DNA of 64,000 nucleotides from Balanoglossus misakiensis (GCA_040954595.2 CM082594.2:9800296-9864295), one strand, 5' to 3'; counted from the stretch's first letter, positions 43,598-57,765 are shown. The notes: generated by a model not told the origin, from the letters alone. Translations and numbers: made by a program.

Positions 43598-45756
43598 AAA
43601 CAACTCAACTTCATTTACTGTCAGTGACTGAAGGTCATGTGAGCCTACAGCAACCGTTTTTCTTTATACAACTTTATCATGTCCAGTAAAAATACTAAAT
43701 GAATATTTTAATTGACGCCATGTGTCGCCTGTCATCTAAATAAATTCGTATCTCCCAAATTAGCCATGATGCAATTTACCAGACACAATGCTTTCTATGT
43801 ACAAACAACACCATCCTAAAATCATACTGTCGACACATATCTGATCGGACGATGAATGCCTAAAAGAACACTGAAATATAGCTCTCAAATCACCGCAAAA
43901 GAAGGCGATACAAAAGCCCGAGGTAACGTGTTGCGCTGACCTGCGTTAACAGATCCCGTGAGGAGTACGGTGCCCAGAGCTCAACACGCCCCCCAAACTC
44001 TCGTTGCCTCTTTTGCACACAATACAACGGTTCTCAACGAACAACATTCATCGACAAAACTTGACCACTGCATCACGGCGGTCGGAACTCGTCTTGACGA
44101 AGATATCTGCCCACATCGAGCTGCTAAGGTGAACACATCTTAGATCTCGCGATCGGTGACCCGGGACTGGCTATCCGGTAGGGATAAAACAGAAAAGTTT
44201 CACGAGTCGAAACTTGAGGTTCCTTCCTCAACAGATATTCCCTCCAAAAAACGCACGGTAGCCAGGCTAACCACGTGACCCAGAACGCACTTCTGATTGG
44301 TGTAGAACTCACCAGGGGGAGATAGGGAAACCCCTCTATCCGTAGCTTGTCAAGCCCAATAACGGTCACCACGGCAACACCACCACGCAAGTGAAGCCAC
44401 ACAAAATCACCATGCAGAATAATATTAGTAAAATCACTTGGAATGACAATTCCCTAACAATATATTTGGTGTTTTTTATTCAAACAGGCCTATGGAGATT
44501 TCTGAGAACTTTCTTCCTTACTATCACGTCGCGCCCGTCCTTGCACGCCCTGCTATTGTCTTCTGCGACCAGGCCTGTCGTGCTCGTACTCTTAGCCATG
44601 ATGATAGCCTTTTATTTTGTAAATCATTAACTGAGAATTATTATACAAGGTTCAATTACCGCTATCCTTAGATCGACTAGTACGGTCGGCTTCAGGCGAG
44701 ATACAAATAGGTGTTTAGTTGTCTGGTTAGACGCCTAACAACAACTGGACATAAAGCTGAGTCATATATACAAAATGAAGACCTATCAAGTTGAATAAAC
44801 TTCATATTGGTGCAAGGTAGGATATACAGGTTAATACCAAATGTCGTTCGATGACGGATTTCACATGTCCGTTTTGTTGACATTGATAACTGTACCATCA
44901 CGGTGGCTGTCTGTTCATATCTTAATCGCCTATAAGAAAAGGACAATTTCAGTCGCTTAGACAAACTTCAAGCCTACAACTTGGTTTGCATCAAGCACCC
45001 GTGCGCAGTTTTGTGTGACACTTGTTCTGGCACCAGTAATATGTGCATGTACATACTGTATATCCATTAAACAAACACATAGCTCCAATGTGGTATGATC
45101 TAATTAGTAACGTTTTACTGAGATGAATGACAGGGATTCCTCGTTGATTCCGTGACAGAGTGACTGTATTTAAGCATTAGTTATAGGGTATGTAGAGGAA
45201 ATATTTCCATTTCGAATGAGTAGGCCTATAACTCCAGTGAAATGCCTAAGTCAATATCAAATTGCGAACAGTGTGTGTCATCGTTATATGATGTATACCA
45301 GTATCTCCTCCATATCGTCAAAGCATCGCACCTTCAAGTCACAAGATGATTAACTAATATGCAAATGTACAAAACAGCAAAAACTGGACAGGATTATCTT
45401 CTGCTCTGGACCTGAGAGATCCTGCGTCGGTTGTTACGTCACTGATTCTGTAATGTCACGTGTATCAGTCAGGTGTAACGCATGCATCCGTTCAACGCAC
45501 TTTTACAAAATGGTGATCACCAGTAATTTTCTCCAGGTCCATTATGACTAACCTGCGTAACCAATGCCCGAATATATTCATTTCCTTTCAATGAGTCCAT
45601 TATTCTGTTCTCATGGATGGACTCTGTTATCTGACTGCCTTTCTTTTCTTTTTTATAGGAATTGCAATATGGACCAAAAGTAAATACTTTACCCAGTATT
45701 TTCAAAGCTGTTCTTAAACAAAAACCCAGAAGAAAACTTTCGACACACAAACAAAA

Positions 45757-46397
45757 ATGGAGGAGGAGAGGACAGAGCGCCGCCCCGTATTTCTGGTTCG
45801 TGGACACCAGTTTTTCCCGCGAAGTAACATTGCACTTTGTGTATCATGCATATGTATGGTGATTCTCTTCGCCATATTTGCCGTTTTGACAGTCTTCTTT
45901 CCAATCGTTGGTTGGATGCTGGCTTTCCCGCTGGTTTTTATGTTTCTGGTCATCCTCCGCCACATATCAGCCTGCATCGCCGGGGAAGGAGTCGGGCCAA
46001 GCCGGGCGACACTGGAAAGGAATAGGCGACCGAACGAACCCGAACCAGCCCCTGATCTACCGCCCTCCTATGACGATGCACTGACAAATCAGCCGACTGA
46101 ACACATTCTGAATATTGGGCGAGAAAACGGAGCACAATCTACAACGATAACGTAAGTATTTATTAGTATTCACTCAAAACACGTCAAGTCAAACTGAAAG
46201 TCTAGTCTGGTGTTTACATACATGCATCGTATGGCCTTTTCGTGACCATGGACTTTGTTTTCTTTCCATACAGTGGTGGATATTGTAATGAGAGCTTCGA
46301 ACCCGAACCAGACGAAACACCTCCACCGAGTTACGAAGAAGCCATCCGACTTAAAGAACTCCAAGAACTTGAACTTGCAAGAAACCGAACGTCGTAG
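45757..46397 (+). CDS. Two-TM membrane protein with two PPxY motifs (paralogue A)
   Basis: Exon 45757-46151 (hydrophobic hairpin, LPPSYDD, AC|gtaagt) plus exon 46274-46397 (GGYCNESF..TPPPSYEEAI..*); phase-2 intron. Confidence 0.8.
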
Positions 46398-48785
46398 ATA
46401 CCACCCAATTGAGGCATAAGGACCCGGATGACGTGGTTATTTACCCTATTTGCTGAGATATCACCAACAGGATTAATTTTTGACGCGATGTTTTGATGAA
46501 GGAATTTGCAATATCATTTACAAGCGCCTGGATTTGTGAAAATTATGAAACTTGCAAAATGATAAGAGACAGGGGCTTTTTTTAAATATGGAACAATATC
46601 TTAGTTTATGTATGAATAAATTGATTTTATATTATAAAACATGCTTATGCATTATGTGATTAGAGCTGTATATATGTAAATGAGTTTAGTGGAAATACGG
46701 GCGGTTGAAGATCACAGTCAGTAAAGTACAAAAAGCCAATATTAAAGTCAGCGTTTTCACCACATTAAGCAGAAAGACTGCTCATCGATTTGGGACAAGG
46801 ACATTTTGTTTCCCCGCACAAACATGTCAAAGGAAACGCTCATTGTTGACAAAACTGCCGTTAAAAATGACCCATGGCCTTTTATGCAAAGTTTGCTTAG
46901 TGGCATTTGACACGCCCGCGTATTTCCAAAGACATATAAATTATCATGATTGGGTCGCAGTCCATGCATGTACTATGTACACGCAGTAGGCCTTGGCTTA
47001 TACACGCTGAAACTATGTTCTACCGCATATGACCATGCTTCTCCCGGCGTAAATGCAAAAATCTGGACTGTTTGGTCTCCGGAAGGGTGTACATCAACGC
47101 GTTTTCATTCATATTGTTACGAATGACATATGAATGAATCGAACTCAATATACAGTGACCTTGACACGTGACCCTGACGAGGTCCAGGGACAAGTATACT
47201 ACTTTTCACGCTATTGACGTTAAATCGCCATTGCGAAGACATTCTCGATATACCCACAAACTGAAGACAGAAATCTCATCGTCCTGGTGGAAAATCACAA
47301 GCATACTTCTTGGTTGAGCAAATGGTATGATTTACTTTTTTTTCAAATTTACACATTTTCACAACCGAACGCGGTTTTAGTTCGGAAACCAAGATGACGT
47401 TTCTTTCCAAACCAACCGTCACTTTTCCTTCCAGTGAACAATATTCTGCCACCTTCCAGGGTCATAACACTATTTTATGCCATCAACATGAACATGTTTT
47501 TATTGGCTGTATACCATTGTCTCATTGTCAAAATTTCTCTGGCTGAGCTTCAATTCTAACTTGGTGACGTGCCAATAATTTACAACCCCTTCCACATATA
47601 TCACAGGCACTTCAACATTTTCACTGACCTAAATTGTAGAGCTGCTCTAGATATATCGTCGATAAAAACAACGCTGTTTACAATGTGCCAGCGCCTGTTT
47701 CACGACCAATCAACTACTAACACTGGCTAAGAATATACTTGTCAACATGTCAACATCAATTTGACATATATGATTGTTGTGTGTGTGTTTAAAGAGACCC
47801 GAATGTCGGACAGCTGCCCAGTTCTCGGAGTAAGAACACAAAAAGTCATTCTGCAACGTGTTTCTTGGCTAACAAAGCATTAGCAAGCAAGCGTGGGTGG
47901 GTGGCTGCACGACACAATAATTCATGAATATCGGAATAGAGAAGGTGGGTCATATATTCTGTTGGGGTAGTATGCATTCACTCAAAGAAAACGTGACGCA
48001 GTCTTTATTTTCATAAACAAACATGACCGTAACGCGTGCCAAATTCACCTTCGAATGCAACACCCAACAATACCAACCAGTAGGCCAATATTCACTGTGT
48101 CCTTGATCGGGGATAGATCTCCATTGGGTTGAGGTGAATAGGGCAAGCTGTTTACATCGGAAACCAACTCAGCTGCGCGGGTAGGTTTTAATCATTATGG
48201 TATAGGACCTACTATTGTAGATCCATGTTTTGCTTCGATTAACTTCATTAAGGCATACCTCGTAGCTTTAATAGCGTGCCTGCACGTATGCGCATAACCA
48301 CATGTCCCACTGTGTTTCATAAAAACCATAAAAATACCCATTATCTCTGGTAAACATCGTTGCAAGCCGACACTGATGTAAACACAAAATGCTCTCAATT
48401 GTAGTGTAATTTTACTCTTGGTGTAAGCTTGTGCCATACACAATGATAAAACGGACAATATTATATTTAGTCTATCTGATATTTTATAGATCCAACTTCG
48501 AAGTTGAGTTGGCCTTTGGTATTAAATTAGGTCATTACGTCTCGTTTAATATTTACAAATTACGGTAGGTGTGCTGTCACCCGTGATAAGATTTCGCCTC
48601 TGTAGTTTCATCACCCCGATTACGACGGATAGGTCGAGCATTTTGGCATAATCCGAAACAAAATGGCGAGTCATGAACTCGGGTGAGGTGAGGTGGGATA
48701 GACAGCTGGTTCCGGTTTATATTTCTGTCTCCAGGTCGCTTAAATGTTTCTTGTTCTCTTCACAGGTCTGTTCCTCTCACATAAG

Positions 48786-49613
48786 ATGGCGACAATGGAG
48801 AAACAGAAAGTGTATGACATCAACAAGTGGCTCAGTCAGATTCCCCAGGGTCGGACCGCACCCCCTGCCGATTCCCCAAGGGACACGAAGTCACGTGACG
48901 AGCGTACAAGAAGAGATTCTCTGACAATCCCTCTTCAGTCAGAAATTGACGAGTACAAATATTATATCGTATCGACATTATTTTTTGGCGTGTTGCTATG
49001 TGTGAATGGGTGCATTTTGACTCCGTTGGGATTTGTAAACTCTGCATACTGGTATTATTATCCGTTTAAAATATTTGGCCTGTTGTTCACGGCTCTCGGA
49101 TTGTCTTTCCTGACTCTGTTTCTGCTCTTCTTCTGCAAGAGGAAGTCGATGATACAGCGACGACGGGAATACTCGCAAGGCTCGCCAGGTTTTGGCGGAC
49201 CGGCGAGGTCTGAACGCTCCCCCGATGCGCAAGAACGCAACCGCTACAAATGGGGTGGCATCTACACCTTGGCGTTTGGGGCTCTGCTCATTTTGAACGG
49301 GTCCATAGTAACGCCGCTCGGTGTGGCTGACAAGAACACTGCGGACACCGCAGATGATAATAAAGTTGAAGGTTTTGGCCCGGTGCTCATAGTGATCGGT
49401 CTTGTCTTCGTTGCCGTGTCGGCCTACCTCTTCCGTGGCATGAGGAAGATGTCTGTTGATAACTTAACTAACGCTGATTTCATTCCAACGAGCGATTTCA
49501 AAGTGGAATTGCTGGGAAATGTCGACAACGATGCGAAGACGGATAGTGACCAGAATTCGTGCATTTGGATGAAAATTGATCACAAAAAGGGTGTTCTGAA
49601 CTATCGTAAGTGA
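48786..49613 (+). CDS. Four-TM protein with duplicated TM hairpin (TMEM171-like architecture)
   Basis: 289-aa ORF; likely start MATMEK at 48786. Hairpins FFGVLLCVNGCILTPLG/KIFGLLFTALGLSFL and AFGALLILNGSIVTPLG/EGFGPVLIVIGLVFV. A possible donor (C|GTAAGT near 49607) may extend the C-terminus to an exon near 50223. Confidence 0.75.
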   Translation: MATMEKQKVYDINKWLSQIPQGRTAPPADSPRDTKSRDERTRRDSLTIPLQSEIDEYKYYIVSTLFFGVLLCVNGCILTPLGFVNSAYWYYYPFKIFGLLFTALGLSFLTLFLLFFCKRKSMIQRRREYSQGSPGFGGPARSERSPDAQERNRYKWGGIYTLAFGALLILNGSIVTPLGVADKNTADTADDNKVEGFGPVLIVIGLVFVAVSAYLFRGMRKMSVDNLTNADFIPTSDFKVELLGNVDNDAKTDSDQNSCIWMKIDHKKGVLNYRK

Positions 49614-51308
49614 AATTACATGTTTGCAAACTTTTAAATTTTTTCTCAAGTTGGTATAATTTATTAATGTTGACAGCTGAGCCTTAGTAATAAGTGGACT
49701 AAAGGTGAAACTTTTGATATCTCACACCACTATGTTTACCGTCACGTCCGTGATAAGTGGAAAACCCCGTCCCTTGCACTGAAACAGTAAACAAGTTGTT
49801 CAGCCACGCATTCTGTGAGTGATCACAAGAAGAATATTGACTTATTGTTCAGTGCCTGTTGACCAGTCATATAATGGACTTTGGTTTTGTGCCAAATACG
49901 GCCGCTTTATATTGACACCGATTGGACACGCGTGACCATGACATCATGACTGTAGGTGTTCTATAAATACATTGCATAATAAGTAACTTCCCGTATACTG
50001 CGAACACCAAAGGTTAAATAGGGTCCCGACCCAACAAGTGAACTCCCAGTGTCCGGAAAATGCAAATTTGGAAACTGAACCATTGTGTGTACAAACAATC
50101 CCAGTCCAAAAATAACAACAAAGGCTGGCAAATATACAAAAATACATTATCATGCAATAAGATGACATTACCTGTCCAATACCAGATAACTTTTCATGCA
50201 TTTTGATTTGATTTGATTTCAGACTGCAGCAAACTTGAAAATGAACTTTGATAGTATCAACCGCAGAGCTTGAAGATAAGTAAGGATAAGTGGAGTGGTT
50301 CAACATGGAGTGCTGTAGTGACTCGAGTTCCGAGTTGTTGTAAATTGCAATGGATCCGAGAAAAGACGTCGTCGTTTCTTCAGGTGGAGTGTGAGTTATG
50401 CGAGGTGTGCACTTGACTGTGATGTGTTGTGCGGTGTCGGAAACTTCACCTGATGTCTGGGTGGTTGGACAAAGCGGGGAGTTGCATGTTGTGTTGCTGT
50501 GAACATCACTCGACAGTGGTGGCAATGAACGCTCACATATCAGAGTGTGAAATGGTTCTCTGCATGTCATACATATTGCGGAGTTCTCCAACTGACACTG
50601 TACATTTACTGACTAACCAAATATCTTATTGACTGAGGAAAATTGCTGCAGTCTGGTTTGACTGTCAACCATAGTGACCTATCTATTGATTGAGAAATCT
50701 TATCGCTTTTGAAGGGTTTGGTCATTTGTAAAATGAATCCAATGTTTAGATTATATTAATCATTCCCGGGTTCTGAAAATTACTATCACCATCGCTGCTG
50801 ATACCTTTTATAACCGACACACGTAATATAGTGACAAAACAATAAAGATTTTACATATATTTCAGTCGTACTTGTTTTCATGGTATCTATAACTGAACGC
50901 GACACTTTGAATAATATTCAGTAAGCTCTTGTATACCCCAATACAAGTCCTTGCGGTATTATAACATTTCGTGGCGGCGATCAGCCTGACACTGTTCTCA
51001 TTATTCCCGGTTATTGGCTGACTTATAATTGTTCTTTGCACTCGTTGTCATATGATCAGTAAACCAGACCTAGATTACGGTATACACTTCAGACAGGGTA
51101 GGGTTTGTTTTAGTATGCGTGGCCTTAATGGAAGGACGATCCTCTCTCTGTGACAATCCGACTGGATTATCCTCGACAAAGTGAGTTTCAAGTGTCTTCG
51201 TTGATCACACCAGTACTCGTGTTTGATTCGTTTGTAGACTTTTAATTTACAGAGAGAACCACGGAAACGCGCATGATCGTACCTGCCAGGATGAGTTGAG
51301 TTCGTCTG

Positions 51309-52343
51309 ATGGATGTCCCAAATACACCCAACTACAGAGACCATGTCGTTGACGATTCAACAGCAGCACGAGCTTCGACAAACATTGACAATGGCGCGGA
51401 CATGAACACTCCAGACCTAGCAGGCCACATTTTGCATGTTCACACTGATGATGATCGGCTGGAAATCTCAGGAGAAAATACCCTAGCAGAAAGTAACGCG
51501 GCAAATCACACAGCCGAAAATCGTGATATTCAAAGGGACGAGCACGAGAGTCGAGAAACACACGAAAATGGCGAAACTCGGGAGAATGAAACTAGGTGCC
51601 AGATTACGGATATAAATGTAAAAGTGTGTTTCATATTACTTTGTCCGAGAATAGGACTGTTTGTGATGTTTCTCTGCCTGATTTTGGTGGTTGTGTTCAC
51701 CACGAATGACATCAGATACATTGTACTGGTCCTCATCCTAGCATTATTTTCTCTGCCCTATTTCATCTGCGTACTACCATGTCCGACGCTTAAAAACATT
51801 TCCCAATCATGGAACTCGAATAGGCAATTGGGTGCAGACACGCACAATCAAGATGTTGCCATGGAGATTGACAGTGGCCCGCCGCCGAGTTACGAAAACT
51901 GGTAAGTTTGGCACCTATATCTCTGCGAGTCATTGACTCTCTATACTCGAGCTCAGAAGTCATGGACTCAGAGTTCATGGAGAATATGTCCGATTGAAAT
52001 GTCACCGCCTGAGAGCGCACTAGATGCCCCAAATAAGGCAGTCACGGATAAGGCATATATTTTCCACGCATGAAAAGTGCGATTTCTGTGAAAAGACAAA
52101 AGGAACAGTAGGCATACTTTTTGTCAAACTGGATTCATAAATTTACTAAATGACGAGAAAAACAAAGAACACAGAGTTGTTTTAATATCGCAATATTTTT
52201 ATTTTATTCTATATAACTTTTCTTCTTTCAGCGTCTCCTACATAAACGAAGCATTCGATGAAGACAGCATTAGCAATGTGACCCCTCCACCTTCATATGA
52301 AGACTTCATCAGTAACCGTGTATACAGTTCGGGTGCTATTTAG
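51309..52343 (+). CDS. Two-TM membrane protein with two PPxY motifs (paralogue B)
   Basis: Exon 51309-51901 (acidic N-terminus, 2 TM, GPPPSYEN, TG|gtaag) plus exon 52232-52343 (CVSYINEAF..NVTPPPSYEDFI..*); phase-2 intron. Confidence 0.8.
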
Positions 52344-53484
52344 GACCGAATGAGAACTCGGGGTTCAAATATGTTTGTCTACCATAATTTATTATTTTAT
52401 TGTACACTTTAACTGCACGATGGAAATTGCGGAGTACATGTATATCTATTATCAGTAAATTTCCTTTGAAGTAATTATTTGAATGTTCACATTTACATTT
52501 TATTAAAGTTCTGTGTATTAAATGCACCTTTTCTTGTTCTACTCCAGCATGCTAGTGTACCCAGTATTCCATTTACTTTTATGTTCCCCGTCAAAGTTTA
52601 TAAAAATGTACTCGCCCCTATACTTTTCATTTTAGTAAAACCATGATAGAAAAAATACAAAAAGTTCTATATCGTGGACCTTTAAAATCTGAAGCTACTG
52701 TTGAATAGCATACGTGCTGAATTGGAGTACACAGGGTGAAATAAAACAGGTCAATTGATTGTCAATGTAAGGTAACATATTAATCTACGTAATGAAATGA
52801 TTCGTTTATATAAAATCAGGCCACCCTCCCGCCGGGGACCATGTATTTAACTTCGTCAAAAAGTTGTATGTGCCTGCAAAGTGGGCGATTTTCGTGAATT
52901 CTTGCAAATGTGACGTTTCGTTCTAATTAAATTTGGCACCGGCAGAGACGCAGATGCCCTCCACAGTCACACGGGATACAGTCGAGATCTGTTTGTCAGT
53001 CAGTCAGCTGCGATAAGGTGAAGTGATTATTGGGTGAACTTTGACATCGTTTCATTGTATGACTTTGGGTGTCGCCGTCGCCTATCTCTCAACGACTATA
53101 CCACTACTGACGCGAGGCCTACTTGAACAACAACACTGTCAGGCTTACATGACCCAGGTGGTATTTAGTTAATATATTTTATCAACGTCGCATAGGTCTG
53201 CACGTATTTCTTGAGTTGATCACCATTTGGCATTAACAGTCATCGGAACTAAGAAATGGAGTCAAACAAGTTACAGGTAAAACCATGATAGTGCAGTGAC
53301 AAAAAACCTGACCTTTTGGATATATATGCTACTGGTTTGGAAACTATTTATTCTGACCACCGGACCGAGCAAAGAAATATATGGTGACCAGGTGACAAGG
53401 TTCTGCCAAGACCAAAACATAGACCATTCATAATGCTTCTAAACATCGTTTCTGGAAGAATTCAGAAATCGTCTGGAGGATAAA

Positions 53485-54252
53485 ATGGCGGTCGAAACAG
53501 AAGAAGGGGAAACGGATGACCGCACCGGTACAAGTGGTCAAGAAGAATCGAACAGAGAAGACATCCAAGAAAGGCAGGGACCCCGTCGGGCTTGGATTCG
53601 TCGTGGGAGGTCGCTCTTCATTTTCTGCGCACTTTCCGCCCCTTCCATTGTGATCATTGTGGCCCTCGTTGTATACAGGCTCGAAAGCGAAAGCAGTGCC
53701 CAGGCAAAATGGTACTACATAGGGTTCCTTTTTGCTTGTGTGGCACTGACTTTAATTCTGATTCCGTGTAAGTTTTGCAACAACCTGTACCTCGGCAGAG
53801 CCGCCACAAACAACGCTGGACGAACCACAGACGAACACGTTGAAATCGAAAATGACCACCCACCTTCATATGACGTATGGTAAATATTTTATTTTCCCTT
53901 CGTTCATTTATTTTTTAAAACAGTAAGTAAAGTCTTTGTGTACGGCCACTAAACATTCTGTGGGTCGAAGGCTAAGCACAATAAAATTTCACACGAAACT
54001 TCGTGTGTGTTTTTCTCGAACACCTCTGAAAACCTACATGCACGTAAACGCAAATATATCCAAGAGAGATTTCATTATCGATTCGATCTACATTCTTTTT
54101 TTTTCAGCGTCACATTCGAAAACCCCGCCTTCGAGGAGGAAGGAGATAATGTGAGCAACGTTACACCGCCCCCAACGTACGATGAAGTCATGAGTCAACG
54201 TCTGGAGGACATTGAAGAGTGTTCCTTCGTCAGACCGACACGTGCGTTATAA
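53485..54252 (+). CDS. Two-TM membrane protein with two PPxY motifs (paralogue C)
   Basis: Exon 53485-53879 (2 TM, HPPSYDV, TG|gtaaat) plus exon 54108-54252 (CVTFENPAF..NVTPPPTYDEVM..*); phase-2 intron at the same position as in paralogue B. Confidence 0.82.
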
Positions 54253-55066
54253 CCGAGCATAACTGAAAACAAACAGTTCCCAGGGAATACTTTCTTGGTG
54301 TTCATTCCATTTACTTGTGACAGAGCACATGAAAACTATATTCCAGATGAAAAATTGTTACATTAAAGTAACACAATGCCTGTATATCAGTACTATTTTA
54401 CTGCAAACATTTACCATAAATATGTACACTTTTTACCCACCCGTTTAAACAGGATTGCTACAGGATTGCGGACATGGAAAGGGATGTGTATAGCAATACA
54501 GCAATAATCATTACCCAGACAGCACTGACAATCCGCTGGATTTGTCAAAATGTACAGGAGTCTTCTTGTGATCTTAAAAAAATTGCTCATTGGAGAGATG
54601 TGCGCTATTGTATAACCGTGTGCTCTTTTGGCAGTATTACCTTGAGTGGGTGCTGACTCTTTAAAAATAATATGTATTAAACTTGCTTATATTAAACCGT
54701 CTTAACTCTATGTACATGAAACCCTTATTTTTTACTGTCTAACCACAACGTATGTCGGGTAGGCCAAGGCCTAAGCTAATATCAAATTCGCTAAGAACGT
54801 GTTTGCCACAGGTAAGTGATGCAATCTGTATAATTCAATAATGTGTCATAAGAATAAGACCAGATGTTTTGAAAAAAATGATATGACCCTTCCCGAACTC
54901 TTCAAAAATGAAACGTAACTCGCATTATGGTCCAACCTCCCCCGTACAGGAATCCGAACTCGAATCCGAACTGAATCCTAACTTCACCCTTGGTTCAAAG
55001 GTCACATTCAGGTCAATGCGTAGTGGTGCATGTTGTACATTTTTGTGTCGGTGGGGATATACTCAG

Positions 55067-57585
55067 ATGCCCGTTTTCCGTAAAATCGGCCTCATTGGCA
55101 CAGCTGTTTGTGCTGCGTATATATCTAAATCCGCTTTCGTCAAAATTGCAGTCGCAAATGCCACAGGAGGGGAATCTTCCGACCGTTTCGAAGTTGGCCA
55201 TCTTCGAGAGAGAGGTTTGGAGCTGAAAATGGTGCAGATCTTCTTCCGACACGGTGCAAGAACTCCGCTACACGGTCTCCCCAACCCAAATAATTTGCCA
55301 GAACTTGAGGTAAATCATGCAGGTCACACTTTTCTCATCAATTCGTGTAAGGGCATCGATCCCTCAAGTATGGACCGTGACAGCCAGCCAGCTGCCCAGA
55401 TTCGCCTGAGTATGCAACTTGTCATGTGATGCAATCTTGCGAGAGCACCGCGGCTTCGTGAATTGTTTGTCATTTAAAGGTGTTTTGATTCACGTTTATC
55501 ACAAATGAATGTGTGAAGATTGCAGGTAGATCATACAAAAACATGCCATAATCCATTGGGTCTAATGATGACACTCTCTGGTCGAGTGACTGTAGTTTTG
55601 TAAGTTGAGGTTCTCATTCTGTACTTTGACAGGTTGTATGGGACAAAGATACATTATTTGCTGGTGCAGATCACCTGCAAGCTGCCTACCAAGTCAAGAG
55701 ATTGGATGGAGGAGACCAACCTGTAATGGAAGTCGAAAATAGCTACAGAAAGAGGGTATTTAAGGTATATGAACAAAGTTGGTTGTTTCATTGCACTCCT
55801 TGTAATCTTTTTCCTAAAGAGGGCGCCCTTCCAGTACGACGCGAAAACGAGGCCAGCAAGAAATGGAGTAAAACTTTATCGTCTTGTCGCTTTCAACAGC
55901 CAAATGATGTTGTAAGGTAAATTTTACATGCAAATTGTAGAATTATAGTCCTCCAAACCTTATAAATCATCGTGCACAGAACAAAAGCGCTAAAACTGCT
56001 TATTTCCTCATCTGCAGGGTGGGACTTTCGCTGGCCAGTTGACTGCACTGGGCAAAAGTCAAATGTACGACTTGGGAAAACTGTACAAGAAACATTACAT
56101 TGATGACCTGAAATTTCTGGAGCCAATGTTTACAGCAGAGAATATATAGTAAGTAGGTGGCATGGAAAAATATCTCTATAAATGAATGACATTCAAGTAT
56201 ATTTTTAAAGTCTGGAAGAGAGACAAATTTATTTATATTTTTACATTTCAGTGTAAGAAGTACCAATATTGTGAGGACTATAGAATCAGCATCCTGTATT
56301 TTAGCCGCTATGTTTGGGGAAACATTGAAAAAACATGGTAAGATCCTTTCATAGTTTCAGTGTTGTACCTGAACTGTGTGATGTCTTGATGGTGCTTGTA
56401 CTAATGACATTTCTGTCATTTTCGGCTAATTCAGGCCCCGTTACAATTTACACGGCAACTTCGCAGATGGAATGTTTGTACCCAAACGCAAAGTACTGCA
56501 ACAAGTTGAAAGTTTTCAGTAAGAGGTTTTGGAAAAACACAGATGAGGTACCTGGCACTGCACATTTCCGACAACAGTTACAGCAGATCTATGGCCTTCC
56601 GGAATCCATGCCTCTGGATTTAGTAACACTACGGGATAATCTTGCTGCAATGGAAGTAAGTATAAAATACATGTTGGCTTGTTCTGCTGGTGACCATAGT
56701 CAGCCAAATCCTACAGTTAGTGAAGGTGCTGAAGTTAATTGTAATTATGATTTTTTACAGGCTCACAAGCTACCTATTCCAAGATTCTTGGAGCCCCTGG
56801 TCGATTTGGTCGATAGACGTGCGACAGAAATAATCAAATATTTTGTCAGGAAAACAGGGTCTGAGGCACGCGAAGCTCTGCATTTAAGTTGTGGAATTGC
56901 TATGCAAATGATGAGGGATAATCTTCAACAACCAGTGAATAAAGATAGGTAAGTATATTATATATGCCAGCATCAGTGTGCTCAAAATAGATTACACACT
57001 AAGGCCTTTAAATAATTAAAATAAGCGTCAATCATTCTGATACAGATAACTAGGATAGAGTGCTTTATTAGCCTCAGTGTCTTCATAATTGATTATTTAT
57101 TAATTAAGCTGACATTTTTCATTATCTAAATGTTTGTGTCCATTTCTGTTATTTTTGCAGATTTCAGAAGTTCCACCTATACTCATGCCATGATACAACT
57201 TTGATAGCAATGATGTGTGCATTAGAGATCTTTGATGACCGCTGGCCACCCTACGCAGCAGATCTGATATTTGAAGTTTATCAAGACAAGGAAGGAAACT
57301 CTTTTGTGAGAACTCTCTACATTGGAAAGGTAGTGGTTATACTCTGGTGGTTTTTATTGTTCATTTGTAGGTTCACATATATTCCTCATGTACAGAATTT
57401 TTATAAAATATTTTTCATGTTTTTTTTGTCTTTACTTTCAGGAACAACGTATCATGAAAGGCACAGAGACAATTGTACCGCTGGAGAAATTCTTAGAATT
57501 GACATCAGACGTTGCAATATCTCGAGAACAGTTGAATGAAATCTGTGGAGGAACTGGAGAGATGGTGACAACCAGCGCACTTTAA
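55067..57585 (+). CDS. ACP6: Lysophosphatidic acid phosphatase type 6 (histidine acid phosphatase)
   Basis: LELKMVQIFFRHGARTP catalytic motif; GGTFAGQLTALG; VRSTNIVRT; LYPN..C; LYSCHDTT; WPPYAAD. Start could also be the in-frame ATG at 55016 or 54908. Confidence 0.92.
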
Positions 57586-57702
57586 TTTTTGTGGAGAATT
57601 TATAGAAGAGAGAGTGATGGTAAGTCAGAAATGATTTGTCATTTATGCAAACTTTTCATAACAAAGTTCCCATGCTAATAAATAATTCCATTCGCCATTC
57701 TG

Positions 57703-57765
57703 TAAACAAACAAACAAACAAACAAATATATAAATGAATAAATAAACTTGTAAATAAATAAATAA
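57703..57765. repeat. (AAAC)n and (AAAT)n microsatellites downstream of ACP6
   Basis: taaacaaacaaacaaacaaacaaa ... taaataaataaataa. Confidence 0.8.

Noticed and set aside
49944-50591. 215-aa minus-strand ORF
   Set aside because: Non-ATG start, no domain or motif, no convincing splice context; cannot be supported as a gene.
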